From Candidatus Poseidoniaceae archaeon (lineage in GTDB: Archaea; Thermoplasmatota; Poseidoniia; Poseidoniales; Poseidoniaceae), in the NCBI GenBank assembly GCA_038125145.1, contig JAYPDK010000001.1, positions 4,368 through 68,367 on the forward strand: 64,000 nucleotides of DNA, given 5' to 3'. The notes beneath the pieces are model-generated. The model saw only the letters and a list, made by a program, of their open reading frames with translations. It did no database searches and was not told where the DNA came from. The position numbers and the translations under genes were made by a program. This document shows positions 1 to 8,165 of this stretch, piece by piece (positions within the stretch are counted from its first letter, which is position 1; each line of letters starts with the position of its first letter).

Positions 1-531
1 GGCCGGCAAACCACCAGGTCCAACCAAGCGTCGTTCAACAAGTTCGAGCCCTGAAGTTGTGAGGTGCACCCGCACCGACCAATCCGGTGTCGAGAGGTTG
101 ACGCTGAGGGTGCTGTCTTCGCCGAGGAGCGCTGTGCCCAGCTCAGCAGCGAAACGTGGCGACGTCCACCCCTCGACGTCACCCACACGACGGCATCGGA
201 CGCCGAAGGTCCGCGCTTCTCCACGCCGACCTGACGCGTCGATGAGGTGTGCTGCGATCCTTCCGAGGTCGTTCACGTCCCCAAGCAGGCGCACGCGGTC
301 GATGGCGACGATGCCGAGGTGGTGGCACAAGGCGTCCTCAACCAATCGGACGTCGTCCTTGCTCCGAACGACGATTTGGTCCCGTGTGAACGAGGGGCGG
401 AGTTCGATGCCCTCCCGCTTGGCGAGCGCGGCCATCGAGCGCTTCATCGTGCGCTGAAACATCCGACGAACCGGCTTGGATTTCAGGCCAACTTCACCAA
501 GCCGGAGCACCCAGTGAACGTCACCGTCCAC
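1..531 (-). CDS. thiI: tRNA 4-thiouridine synthase ThiI/TtuI (THUMP domain), N-terminal part; runs off the window edge; not in the ORF track
   Basis: Manual translation from GTG at 531 gives VDGDVHWVLRLGEVGLKSKPVRRMFQR...RTFGVRCRR...SVNLSTPDW...GPGGLPA. This matches the ThiI N-terminal GExxLK motif, the THUMP domain and the GxGGLP motif. Starts just downstream of the purF stop. Confidence 0.85.
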   Translation of the reverse strand, partial: MDGDVHWVLRLGEVGLKSKPVRRMFQRTMKRSMAALAKREGIELRPSFTRDQIVVRSKDDVRLVEDALCHHLGIVAIDRVRLLGDVNDLGRIAAHLIDASGRRGEARTFGVRCRRVGDVEGWTSPRFAAELGTALLGEDSTLSVNLSTPDWSVRVHLTTSGLELVERRLVGPGGLPA

Positions 532-535
532 GGGC

Positions 536-2071
536 TCAAGCCTCCCCGTTGTGAAGGTCGACGACCTCCGACGAGGGGGTGATGTGCTTGGCAGCGTTGT
601 TGCGGCGAGCGCTCAACGCGGACAAATATCCCTCGTCGATGTCGCCGGTGACGTAGCGTCCGTCGAAACAACTCGCGTCAAACCGACCAGCATTGGAACC
701 TGCCATTGCGGTTACCTCAACCAAGTCCTCAAGGGTTTGGTAGAACAACCGGTCGCTCCCGATGTGAGCGTTGATTTCCTCGATGGAACGCCCGTTGGCG
801 ATGAGTTCGGTGGCGTCTGGCATGTCAATGCCGTACACGTTGGGGTGCCGGACCGGAGGTGCGGCTGAGGCGAAATACACCTTCCGTGCGCCAACGTCCC
901 TGGCCATGTCGACGATTTGCTGGGACGTGGTGCCTCGAACAATGGAATCGTCAACAAGCAGGACCGCTTTTCCTTCAAACTCGTGAGGAATGGCCGACAA
1001 TTTCCTGCGTACAGATTTCTCCCTGAGGGTCTGTTCAGGCATGATGAAGGTACGACCGACGTACCGGTTTTTGACGAAGCCTTCACGGTACTTCACACCC
1101 AAGGTCGAGGCCAACTGCAAGGCTGCGATTCGCCCCGAGTCAGGGATGGGAATGACGGCGTCGATGTCATGGTCAGGCCAAGATTCCATGATCCGCTCGG
1201 CGAGGCGACGTCCATGGTTCAATCGAGCTTGGTAGACGGAGATACCATCGATGATGGAATCCGGACGAGCGAAGTACACGTGCTCGAAGATGCATGGGGC
1301 ATGCTCCCGCTCCTCTGAACACATGGCTTCGAAGAGGTGGCCGGAGGCAGAGATGAACACGGCTTCACCGGGCGCAACGTCACGCTCCACATCGAAGCCG
1401 AGGGCCGTCAATGCGACGGATTCGCTCGCGACCAGCCATTCCGACTTCCCCTCCACCTCGCGCCGTCCAAGGATCAGCGGGCGGATGCCATGTGGGTCAC
1501 GGAAGGCGAACAGGCCGTACCCGGCAATCATCCCGATGCAGGCATAGCCCCCTCGCACCGTTTGGTTGATCTCTCTGATGGCGGAGAACACGGTTTCCAC
1601 GTCAAGGTGGGAGGCATCGCTGATGTGGAGTTGCCTCGCACGGCGGTGGAGAGCGACGGCGAGCATGTTCAGCAGCAATTCTGAATCGCTCGTGGTGTTC
1701 ATGTGGCGGAAATGTTCGTCCCGAAGGATACGCTCAAGGTCCTGAGCGTTGGTGAGGTTACCGTTGTGTGCCAAGCACAATCCGTAGGGGGAGTTGACGT
1801 AGAACGGCTGTGCTTCGGCGCTTGATGACGAACCAGCGGTGGGGTAGCGCACGTGCCCAAGTCCAATCGAGCCCATCAGCCGTTCCATCGTTGGTTGATC
1901 GAACACGTCCGCAACGTGCCCGTTCGCTTTCCGAAGGATGAACCTCCCCGCGTGCTCGGTCAAGATTCCAGCTGCATCCTGCCCGCGGTGCTGAAGCACC
2001 GTCAAGCCGTCGTACAGCAACTGATTGACGTGGGTTCCTTGCCGACCCACAATCCCGATGATGCCGCACAT
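536..2071 (-). CDS. purF: Amidophosphoribosyltransferase
   Basis: N-terminal MCGI (catalytic Cys), LQHRGQDAAG, GHVRY, HNGNL, PRPP-binding VDDSIVRGTT, YGIDMP. Confidence 0.97.
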   Translation of the reverse strand: MCGIIGIVGRQGTHVNQLLYDGLTVLQHRGQDAAGILTEHAGRFILRKANGHVADVFDQPTMERLMGSIGLGHVRYPTAGSSSSAEAQPFYVNSPYGLCLAHNGNLTNAQDLERILRDEHFRHMNTTSDSELLLNMLAVALHRRARQLHISDASHLDVETVFSAIREINQTVRGGYACIGMIAGYGLFAFRDPHGIRPLILGRREVEGKSEWLVASESVALTALGFDVERDVAPGEAVFISASGHLFEAMCSEEREHAPCIFEHVYFARPDSIIDGISVYQARLNHGRRLAERIMESWPDHDIDAVIPIPDSGRIAALQLASTLGVKYREGFVKNRYVGRTFIMPEQTLREKSVRRKLSAIPHEFEGKAVLLVDDSIVRGTTSQQIVDMARDVGARKVYFASAAPPVRHPNVYGIDMPDATELIANGRSIEEINAHIGSDRLFYQTLEDLVEVTAMAGSNAGRFDASCFDGRYVTGDIDEGYLSALSARRNNAAKHITPSSEVVDLHNGEA

Positions 2072-2125
2072 GGTCGTTCCCGACCTACTGCATGTGAAGC
2101 CGATTCTTGGCCTTGTCCCACAAGG

Positions 2126-2305
2126 TCAGGCCTTGGGCCGGTGGGATTTCTTGGACCAACTGTAGGTGCGCATGCGTGCCGTCGCGCCGTAGCCACAAGA
2201 GGCACAGACCGACTTTTGCTTGTGGTACGCATTGCGACCGCAGCGGCGGCAGCGGATGTGGGTCGTCTTTTGGCGTCGGCCCATCGACGGAGTGCCCTTT
2301 GACAT
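2126..2305 (-). CDS. rpl37e: 50S ribosomal protein L37e (59 aa; not in the ORF track)
   Basis: Manual translation [40 protein letters not shown]... with two CxxC motifs; GAGGTG RBS upstream. Confidence 0.95.
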   Translation of the reverse strand: MSKGTPSMGRRQKTTHIRCRRCGRNAYHKQKSVCASCGYGATARMRTYSWSKKSHRPKA

Positions 2306-2341
2306 CGACCCACCTCGTGGGTCTCGCGACCTTGAACCCCT

Positions 2342-2812
2342 TTATGAAATCGACTCAGGGGGGGTCAAGCCCTCCGCTTCGGGCAAGGTGAGCCGCCGCA
2401 GCCCTGAGGCAGCGCTGAGCAGGCCAACAAGCACGGAGAGCGCGAGCCCGAGCACGGCCGGTGCGATGTCGACCAGGTCGGAAAAGAACTGGGCTTGTGC
2501 TGACCCGTTTCCGGAAAGGTGCCCGCCGGCCTCGAGCACGCGGAGTCCGAGGAGGAATCCGACGGCCACAAGGACGAGGATCCCGACCACTGGAGCCGCC
2601 GGCCTGTCGCGGCTGTCACCGTAGGCAAGCAAGGTGAGGATCAACATCACAGAAGTCACCATAAAGCCCGCAAAGACCGTGTTGGCAAAACCGAGGTGCA
2701 CGGCATCGGACGAGGGCCTGCTCCCGTCTGCAAGGACCAGCAACAACACGGGCCCCGATGCCACAGCCAGGAGCAGCAGGACGGCACGGGTTCGCCGCAT
2801 CACGTCATTCAT
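2342..2812 (-). CDS. Hypothetical membrane protein (about 4 TM segments)
   Basis: Hydrophobic segments. Start placed at MNDVMRR (2812), overlapping the stop of the upstream gene. Confidence 0.6.
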   Translation of the reverse strand: MNDVMRRTRAVLLLLAVASGPVLLLVLADGSRPSSDAVHLGFANTVFAGFMVTSVMLILTLLAYGDSRDRPAAPVVGILVLVAVGFLLGLRVLEAGGHLSGNGSAQAQFFSDLVDIAPAVLGLALSVLVGLLSAASGLRRLTLPEAEGLTPPESIS

Positions 2813-3539
2813 CGGCCAGCACCCCCCGTGGACGCATGCTGATGATGTGGGCTGCTCGAGCCAAGGCCTCTGGAGAGGGAGGGGGAAGGGGCTCCGGCTC
2901 CGGCATTCGTCGTTCGAACACCCACACCACAGCCAGCACGACGAGCAACGCCAGGCACGCACCCAACAGCATCCCTGCGAGTTCCGGCACCATGCCGATC
3001 GCCAAGGAGCCCTCAACACCACGAACACGCAGCGCTGCTGCAGATGTTACGGCCGCAACCAGCAGGGGCGATGTGCGCGAACGCCGCCGCGGGATGTAGG
3101 CGAGGTGGAGGACCGCGAGGGAAGCGCTCACGCTCACCACACCAGCCAGCAGCGCGGTGGCGAAGCGGTTCCACGCTTCGACAGAGGCAAAGGTCGGCTC
3201 CCGCACCACGAGCATCCACACGCTCAGGAGCACCAGCACGTATCCCACGAGGCGCCAAGCGGAGGGAAGTCGGCCGACGGGCACCTCTCCCGTGAAGACG
3301 ATCAGCACCAGGCCCAACACCAGCGGCCCTGCAGCGATGCTGGCTTCCCACATCAGCAGGACGGCCGCGGTGCTGTCCGAGGACGGGACCGTCAACGGGG
3401 CCAACAGCACCAGCACAAGTGCGGCCACGGCGACGGGCTTCCATGCCCGTCCCCCTCGTCCGATCACGTTGAGCGTCGCGAGGGCCAGCACCAGTGCTGG
3501 CAACCACAGCAACAGGGCTGCGTTCACTTCAGCCTGCAT
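2805..3539 (-). CDS. Hypothetical multi-pass membrane protein
   Basis: 244 aa with about 7 hydrophobic helices; overlaps the downstream membrane gene. Confidence 0.65.
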   Translation of the reverse strand: MQAEVNAALLLWLPALVLALATLNVIGRGGRAWKPVAVAALVLVLLAPLTVPSSDSTAAVLLMWEASIAAGPLVLGLVLIVFTGEVPVGRLPSAWRLVGYVLVLLSVWMLVVREPTFASVEAWNRFATALLAGVVSVSASLAVLHLAYIPRRRSRTSPLLVAAVTSAAALRVRGVEGSLAIGMVPELAGMLLGACLALLVVLAVVWVFERRMPEPEPLPPPSPEALARAAHIISMRPRGVLADE

Positions 3540-3671
3540 GCTTCAGCCTCGGTCGTGCAGGTCAAGAACCCTCCCAAGTTGATGGTCTTCCGTCCGTCGT
3601 TCAGGGGCAAGCCCCGCCTGCGTCATCGCTAAATACCCGTCTCCGGTGGCCGACACGCTCGGGTGATGTTG

Positions 3672-3956
3672 ATGGTGAAGATGCCCCGTCAGGTCAAGCG
3701 CTACAGCCCCTCTGCGGGCAAGCACACCCTCCACACCGTGGAGCGCGTCAAGAAGAAGCGCGCATCCGAACTTCGCTGGGGTCAGCGACGCTTCCGTAAG
3801 GTCACCGCTGGGTACCGCGGTTTCCCGCGTCCCAAGCCGGACGGTCGTGAAAAGCCAACCAAGCGCGTCAACATCCTCTACCGCTGCACCGAGACGGGCA
3901 AGGCCCATTACGCTCCGTGCCAGCGTGCGAAGAAATTCGAACTCGTGGACAAGTGA
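3672..3956 (+). CDS. rpl44e: 50S ribosomal protein L44e
   Basis: KMPRQVKRY...HTLHTVERVKKKRASELRWGQRRFRKVTAGYRGFPRP...KPTKR; conserved archaeal L44e-S27e-aIF2a-Nop10-PAC2 gene order. Confidence 0.95.
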   Translation: MVKMPRQVKRYSPSAGKHTLHTVERVKKKRASELRWGQRRFRKVTAGYRGFPRPKPDGREKPTKRVNILYRCTETGKAHYAPCQRAKKFELVDK

Positions 3957-3966
3957 AGTGATCAAC

Positions 3967-4137
3967 ATGTCTGGCAATTTCATCAGCGTGGCCTGCCGGG
4001 ACTGCTCCACGGAGACCACCATTTTCGATCGCTCCGTGAACGTGATTTCCTGTGGTGTCTGTGGCGCCACCCTCACCCGACCCGCTGGCGGCAAGGCCAG
4101 CCTCGTCGGTTGCCGTATCGTTGACACCCATGAGTGA
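3967..4137 (+). CDS. rps27e: 30S ribosomal protein S27e
   Basis: MSGNFISVACRDC...IFDR...CGVCGATLTRPAGGKA with a C4 zinc finger; operon position. Confidence 0.93.
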   Translation: MSGNFISVACRDCSTETTIFDRSVNVISCGVCGATLTRPAGGKASLVGCRIVDTHE

Positions 4138-4151
4138 GGGGGGCCGCGCGG

Positions 4152-4940
4152 ATGGCCGGCGGCTCTCAGGACGGACCCCAAGAGGGGGACCTCGTCGTGA
4201 CGACGGTGTCGACGGTCAAGCAGAACGGCTGCTACGTGACCTTCGATGAATTCCCCGACAAAGAGGGATTCATCTTCATTGGTGAAATCGCGAGCGGTTG
4301 GGTCCGAAACATCCGGGCGCATGTGCGTGAGGGACAGCGCCTGATCTGCAAAATCACGGGGATGCGGAGGGACGGAACGTCCTACGAATTGAGCCTGAAG
4401 TCCGTGTCAGAGGAGCGGCGGCGTGACCGACTTCAGATGTGGAAAAACGAGCAGCGCGCCGCTCAACTTTTGGCCGTGCTGGGCGAACAACTCGGCTGGT
4501 CCGAAGAACAGATCGACACGACGAGGACCGAATTGACGGATTCCTTTGGCACGCTCTATGGCGCCTTCGAGGAGGCGGCCACCAACGAGACGGCGATGTC
4601 CGAATCAGGTTTTGACGACCCCTGGGTTCCGGCGTTCGTCCAATCGGCCTTGGAAAACATCGTCCCAGCGTTCGTTGAAATCCGTGGCACGTTCACCATC
4701 ACCTTTGAGCAGCCAGACGGCATCGACCGCATCCAAACGGCCCTTCTCGCTGCAGAGGCCTGCACGGACAAGGAAGCAGAAATCGAGGTGATGTGCTTCT
4801 ACGACGGCGCTCCGAAGTACCGGATCGAGGTCAAAGCACCCGACTTCAGAAGTGCCGAGGATCTATGGGAGCAGGCCACCAGCGCCGCGCTCGAGAGCAT
4901 CACATCGCAGGGCGGCGAAGGCGAAGTGTGGAGGGAGTGA
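4152..4940 (+). CDS. eif2a: Translation initiation factor aIF-2 subunit alpha
   Basis: S1 domain PQEGDLVV...EGFIFIGEIASGWVRNIR; C-terminal YDGAPKYRI. Confidence 0.95.
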   Translation: MAGGSQDGPQEGDLVVTTVSTVKQNGCYVTFDEFPDKEGFIFIGEIASGWVRNIRAHVREGQRLICKITGMRRDGTSYELSLKSVSEERRRDRLQMWKNEQRAAQLLAVLGEQLGWSEEQIDTTRTELTDSFGTLYGAFEEAATNETAMSESGFDDPWVPAFVQSALENIVPAFVEIRGTFTITFEQPDGIDRIQTALLAAEACTDKEAEIEVMCFYDGAPKYRIEVKAPDFRSAEDLWEQATSAALESITSQGGEGEVWRE

Positions 4941-4941
4941 C

Positions 4942-5157
4942 ATCGGGCGTCAACTCCTCCAACGCTGCCTGGCATGCTCAGCGTGGTGCTTGTCCACCAC
5001 CTGCGCTACATGCGGCGGAACGGCCCGTGCTGCGGCTCCGATCAAGTGGTCTCCGGAGGACACCAAGGCCGACCTTCGCCGACGCCTTGAGGGCGTCACC
5101 GAAGCGGCCTGGATTGAATCGCTACCATCGCTCGGCGACGTGACCGAGGAGGAGTGA
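4942..5157 (+). CDS. nop10: H/ACA RNP protein Nop10 (apparent non-canonical ATC start)
   Basis: RQLLQRCLAC...CATCGGTARAAAPIKWSPED...RRR matches the Nop10 zinc ribbon and P-x-[KR]-[FW]-SPED motif; canonical position after aIF2a. Confidence 0.8.
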   Translation: MGRQLLQRCLACSAWCLSTTCATCGGTARAAAPIKWSPEDTKADLRRRLEGVTEAAWIESLPSLGDVTEEE

Positions 5158-5220
5158 GCCTTCTCGGGCTCATGCTCCCCGCACCAACCCTTATGCCCCG
5201 TCGCGCGGATGTGCGGCAGT

Positions 5221-5961
5221 ATGTCGCTCAGCACCCATTGGGTATCGGAGGCTCGTCCGAAAGGAGGGCCCTGCTTCGTCGCCTTCCCAGGTGTTGGCGA
5301 CATCGGGTTGCTGGCGCTTTCGATGATCGAATCAAGCCTGCCCTCGTCGGTTGTGGCCGAACTGTTCGACCCTGCGCTTCCGCCGTTGGCGACCCTTGAC
5401 GAGCGTGGTGTGCTTCGTCCCCCTCACCACAGGCTGATGCGGGTGGACACCTCATCCGGCCCCGTCCATCTCTTGATTGGCGCTGGCCAAGCGAACACGC
5501 CCATCGATCAACACCGAACCGCCATGGACCTCGTTGAGGTGCTCCAAGGCTTCGATGAAGTGGTGGGCTTGGCGGGCTTCAAGAGCGGCGCCATGGACCG
5601 GCGTGCCTTCTTTGTCGCAACCTCTGCAGAGGGACTGTCCACCATGAAGGCTGCAGGGCGGCAGGTGAGCACAACGGAGCCGAGCGCCGGTTGCATTGGC
5701 GTTCTCGCCTTGCTGGCCTCCCTCGGACCGCACCAGGGCCTCCCCACCTCACTGGCCATCGCCACGACGTTGGGCGCGAGTCAAGACCGATTCGCTGCGC
5801 ATCGGCTTTTGGATCTGCTCGATGAGGCCTTTTCTCTTGGCCTGCCAGAACAACACGACATCGAAGCCGACCTGCGGGGACGACTCTCCGACCGTGCACC
5901 GGATCATGTCGAGAACCTCGTTGCCGAACTGGTGGAAGGTCCGGACGCGTTCTACGCGTAA
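5221..5961 (+). CDS. PAC2-family proteasome assembly chaperone-like protein
   Basis: VAFPGVGDIG motif, PPLATLDERG, C-terminal FYA (HbYX-like); conserved position after nop10. Confidence 0.8.
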   Translation: MSLSTHWVSEARPKGGPCFVAFPGVGDIGLLALSMIESSLPSSVVAELFDPALPPLATLDERGVLRPPHHRLMRVDTSSGPVHLLIGAGQANTPIDQHRTAMDLVEVLQGFDEVVGLAGFKSGAMDRRAFFVATSAEGLSTMKAAGRQVSTTEPSAGCIGVLALLASLGPHQGLPTSLAIATTLGASQDRFAAHRLLDLLDEAFSLGLPEQHDIEADLRGRLSDRAPDHVENLVAELVEGPDAFYA

Positions 5962-5963
5962 GG

Positions 5964-6045
5964 CGCCGAGAGAGGGATTCGAACCCCCGCGTCTGACGAC
6001 AGTGGATTTCGAATCCACCGCACTACCGGGCTATGCGATCTCGGC
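5964..6045 (-). tRNA. tRNA-Ser (anticodon CGA)
   Basis: Reverse complement GCCGAGATCGCATAGCCCGGTAGTGCGGTGGATTCGAAATCCACTGTCGTCAGACGCGGGGGTTCGAATCCCTCTCTCGGCG. Acceptor stem GCCGAGA/TCTCGGC, anticodon stem GTGGA/TCCAC, long variable arm, GTTCGAATC T-loop, discriminator G. Confidence 0.95.
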
Positions 6046-6098
6046 CTGCTCCGAGGCCGAGGCATCACGGTCATAAGCATGATGCAGCAGGCTGCAAC

Positions 6099-6299
6099 GT
6101 GCTGGTTACCCTCACGTTGACGGAAGGGCAACGGCTGGTCGACGTCGAGGAAGGTGCCTCGATCCGCGACGTCCTGCTGCGCGCCGACCTCGCACCTAGC
6201 CTCCACATCGTTGACCACGAAGGGCAGGTGCTGCCGATGAGCACCGTCCTGAACGCGGAGGTGCACCTGACCGTGACCCGGACGGCCTCAGGCGGCTGA
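6099..6299 (+). CDS. Ubiquitin-like sulfur carrier / small archaeal modifier protein (ThiS/MoaD/SAMP family)
   Basis: 66 aa from GTG 6099, beta-grasp-like pattern, C-terminal ASGG; TATA-like TCATAAG about 22 nt upstream. Confidence 0.85.
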   Translation: MLVTLTLTEGQRLVDVEEGASIRDVLLRADLAPSLHIVDHEGQVLPMSTVLNAEVHLTVTRTASGG

Positions 6300-8123
6300 A
6301 GCGTCCGACGCTCGGGCAAGGACCCGAATGTCAGACCCGTCCTGCAGGCTGCCCTGCAGGTCGCTGATCCAAGCTCCTGCTTCGAGGTTCGTGATGGCGA
6401 CGACGTCTCCCGCCTCGAGGTGATCGTACTGACGCGGCATCGCATTGCCCCAGCCGTCGACTTTCATGGTCCCCGTCTCGTCCATGACGACCAGGCCTGG
6501 TCGTCGCCAAGGCTTTCCATACTGGCTGACTCCAGATTTCTCGTACAGGTACGCAACCCTGCCGACCACATCGACACGGGCAGGACGGCTGAGGGCGAGC
6601 GAGGTCAACGGCTCGTCCTCGACCACGGTCACAGCCGAAGCGGGGTCCACCTTCAGCACAAGCTTGCCACCGCGCCAGAGTTGCGGAAGTGCTCCCACAA
6701 CCCGAACACGTTGACCCTTCTGCAGGTTCAGGTCGACAGCGTCCGGTACGTGCCGACCAGCCACTTGGAGTTCGGCCTGATGTTGGCCGTCGGTGAGCAC
6801 GACCTTGGGGGGGCCACTTGCACCTGAAAACACCGAATTCACGTCGAGGACAGCCTCCACACGTGGGTCGATGGTGCCCAACTTCTCGACCGTCGTCACC
6901 ACCGACTTTCCAGGCAACTGGAACGATGTTGGGAGGTCAGCGAACGACCCATCGGGGCCAGGACACACGCTGGACCACTCGCAGCGAACGCAGCGGGCCC
7001 GTGGGTCGTCGTCCGGCCCAACGGGCGCCCCGCCGGGCGCATGATGCAGGTACGGCGCAGGAGCAGGTGGGCACGCCTCCTCACGTGGCTCCTCCGCCTT
7101 GAGTTGGCTCCATAACGCATCGATGGATGCTTCAAACGCATCGCACCACGCGTCGTCGGGCACCTCAACGTCCACCGTGGTGCCGGTTCCGAGGAACCAG
7201 ATGCTCAACTGAGCGGGACGTCGCCGGTCGTCATGGGTGGCCCTCCAAAGGGCAGCGTACGCCCTCAACTGCTCATGGTACCCCGCCGTTCGGTCCGAGG
7301 CACCGGTTGACGCTTTGAGGTCCACGATGTGCACCTCTCCGCGCCACCGGTACACGAGGTCGTATTCACCTTGAAAGCGGAAGGACGGATGAACGGCTTG
7401 GGACACGAAGGATGCCGCACTGGGGTCCACAAACCATGGACGGCAAACCTCCCACGCTTCAAGCACGTCAACCGCACCCGTGATGGCCAGAGGGTGTGGC
7501 CCACCCAAGATGGCAGCTCGGCCGTCCGGTGCGGGGATCGTCGGACGGTGCCCGGCCCGCCATGCCTCGAGGGACGCACCACCCCCCTCCGCAAGGCATG
7601 CAGCCACTTCCTCGAGGTGAAGGTCAATCGCACGCTGCGCCATGGAAAGGGCGCGTCGAGGATCGATGACCGAGGACCAATCACCAGTTCTTCGTTCGTG
7701 CTTCGACCATGCAGCGTGCTCTTCGTCAAGGGCGGCCGGAAGGTGGACGTCCAGCCGTGCGTACGCCCATGCACGAAGGTCGTCGAGGTCATCGGGCCGA
7801 CTGAGCAGCAGCGGCAAGGCGTCTGCTGGCCATCCGTCGTGGACTGAGAGGTCCGGACGGCCGTCCTCGTCCAGAGGCGTGCCGTCAAGGATCGTCCCTG
7901 GCGCGTTTCGCACGACGCAGCCCGGCGACTCTCGGAGGGTTTTGCAGACGGCCAATTCGACGGCTTTTCCAAGATGAAGCGGCGGCGTCTGCGCGATCTT
8001 GAGGCGCCTGACCTTTTCGAGGAACCATTGACGGGGGCAGGCGTTCCACACGTTCAATTGGCTTGCAGAGAGCCTCCGATAGGGCCCTACCGTATCGTCC
8101 CCATCAGGGTGAAAGACAGGCAT
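6288..8123 (-). CDS. PD-(D/E)XK (Cas4/AddB-like) Fe-S nuclease fused to C-terminal OB-fold domains, paralog A
   Basis: LSASQL...ACPRQW, GEYDLV...IVDLKAS, EQLRAYA, CVRCEWSSVC (C-x2-C-x5-C); C-terminal OB-like VDVVGRV...VMDETGTMKVDGWG. Confidence 0.8.
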   Translation of the reverse strand: MPVFHPDGDDTVGPYRRLSASQLNVWNACPRQWFLEKVRRLKIAQTPPLHLGKAVELAVCKTLRESPGCVVRNAPGTILDGTPLDEDGRPDLSVHDGWPADALPLLLSRPDDLDDLRAWAYARLDVHLPAALDEEHAAWSKHERRTGDWSSVIDPRRALSMAQRAIDLHLEEVAACLAEGGGASLEAWRAGHRPTIPAPDGRAAILGGPHPLAITGAVDVLEAWEVCRPWFVDPSAASFVSQAVHPSFRFQGEYDLVYRWRGEVHIVDLKASTGASDRTAGYHEQLRAYAALWRATHDDRRRPAQLSIWFLGTGTTVDVEVPDDAWCDAFEASIDALWSQLKAEEPREEACPPAPAPYLHHAPGGAPVGPDDDPRARCVRCEWSSVCPGPDGSFADLPTSFQLPGKSVVTTVEKLGTIDPRVEAVLDVNSVFSGASGPPKVVLTDGQHQAELQVAGRHVPDAVDLNLQKGQRVRVVGALPQLWRGGKLVLKVDPASAVTVVEDEPLTSLALSRPARVDVVGRVAYLYEKSGVSQYGKPWRRPGLVVMDETGTMKVDGWGNAMPRQYDHLEAGDVVAITNLEAGAWISDLQGSLQDGSDIRVLARASDASAA

Positions 8124-8165
8124 ACCGGGTGAACCCGGCGCGGACCCTCTTGAACCTCACGTTGT

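Noticed and set aside
59..582. Plus-strand ORFs 59-457 and 247-582 from the track
   Set aside because: The region is explained by the minus-strand thiI frame, which the track missed because it has no stop inside the window.
3543..4322. 259-aa minus-strand ORF
   Set aside because: Antisense to rpl44e, rps27e and aIF2a; no support as a real gene.
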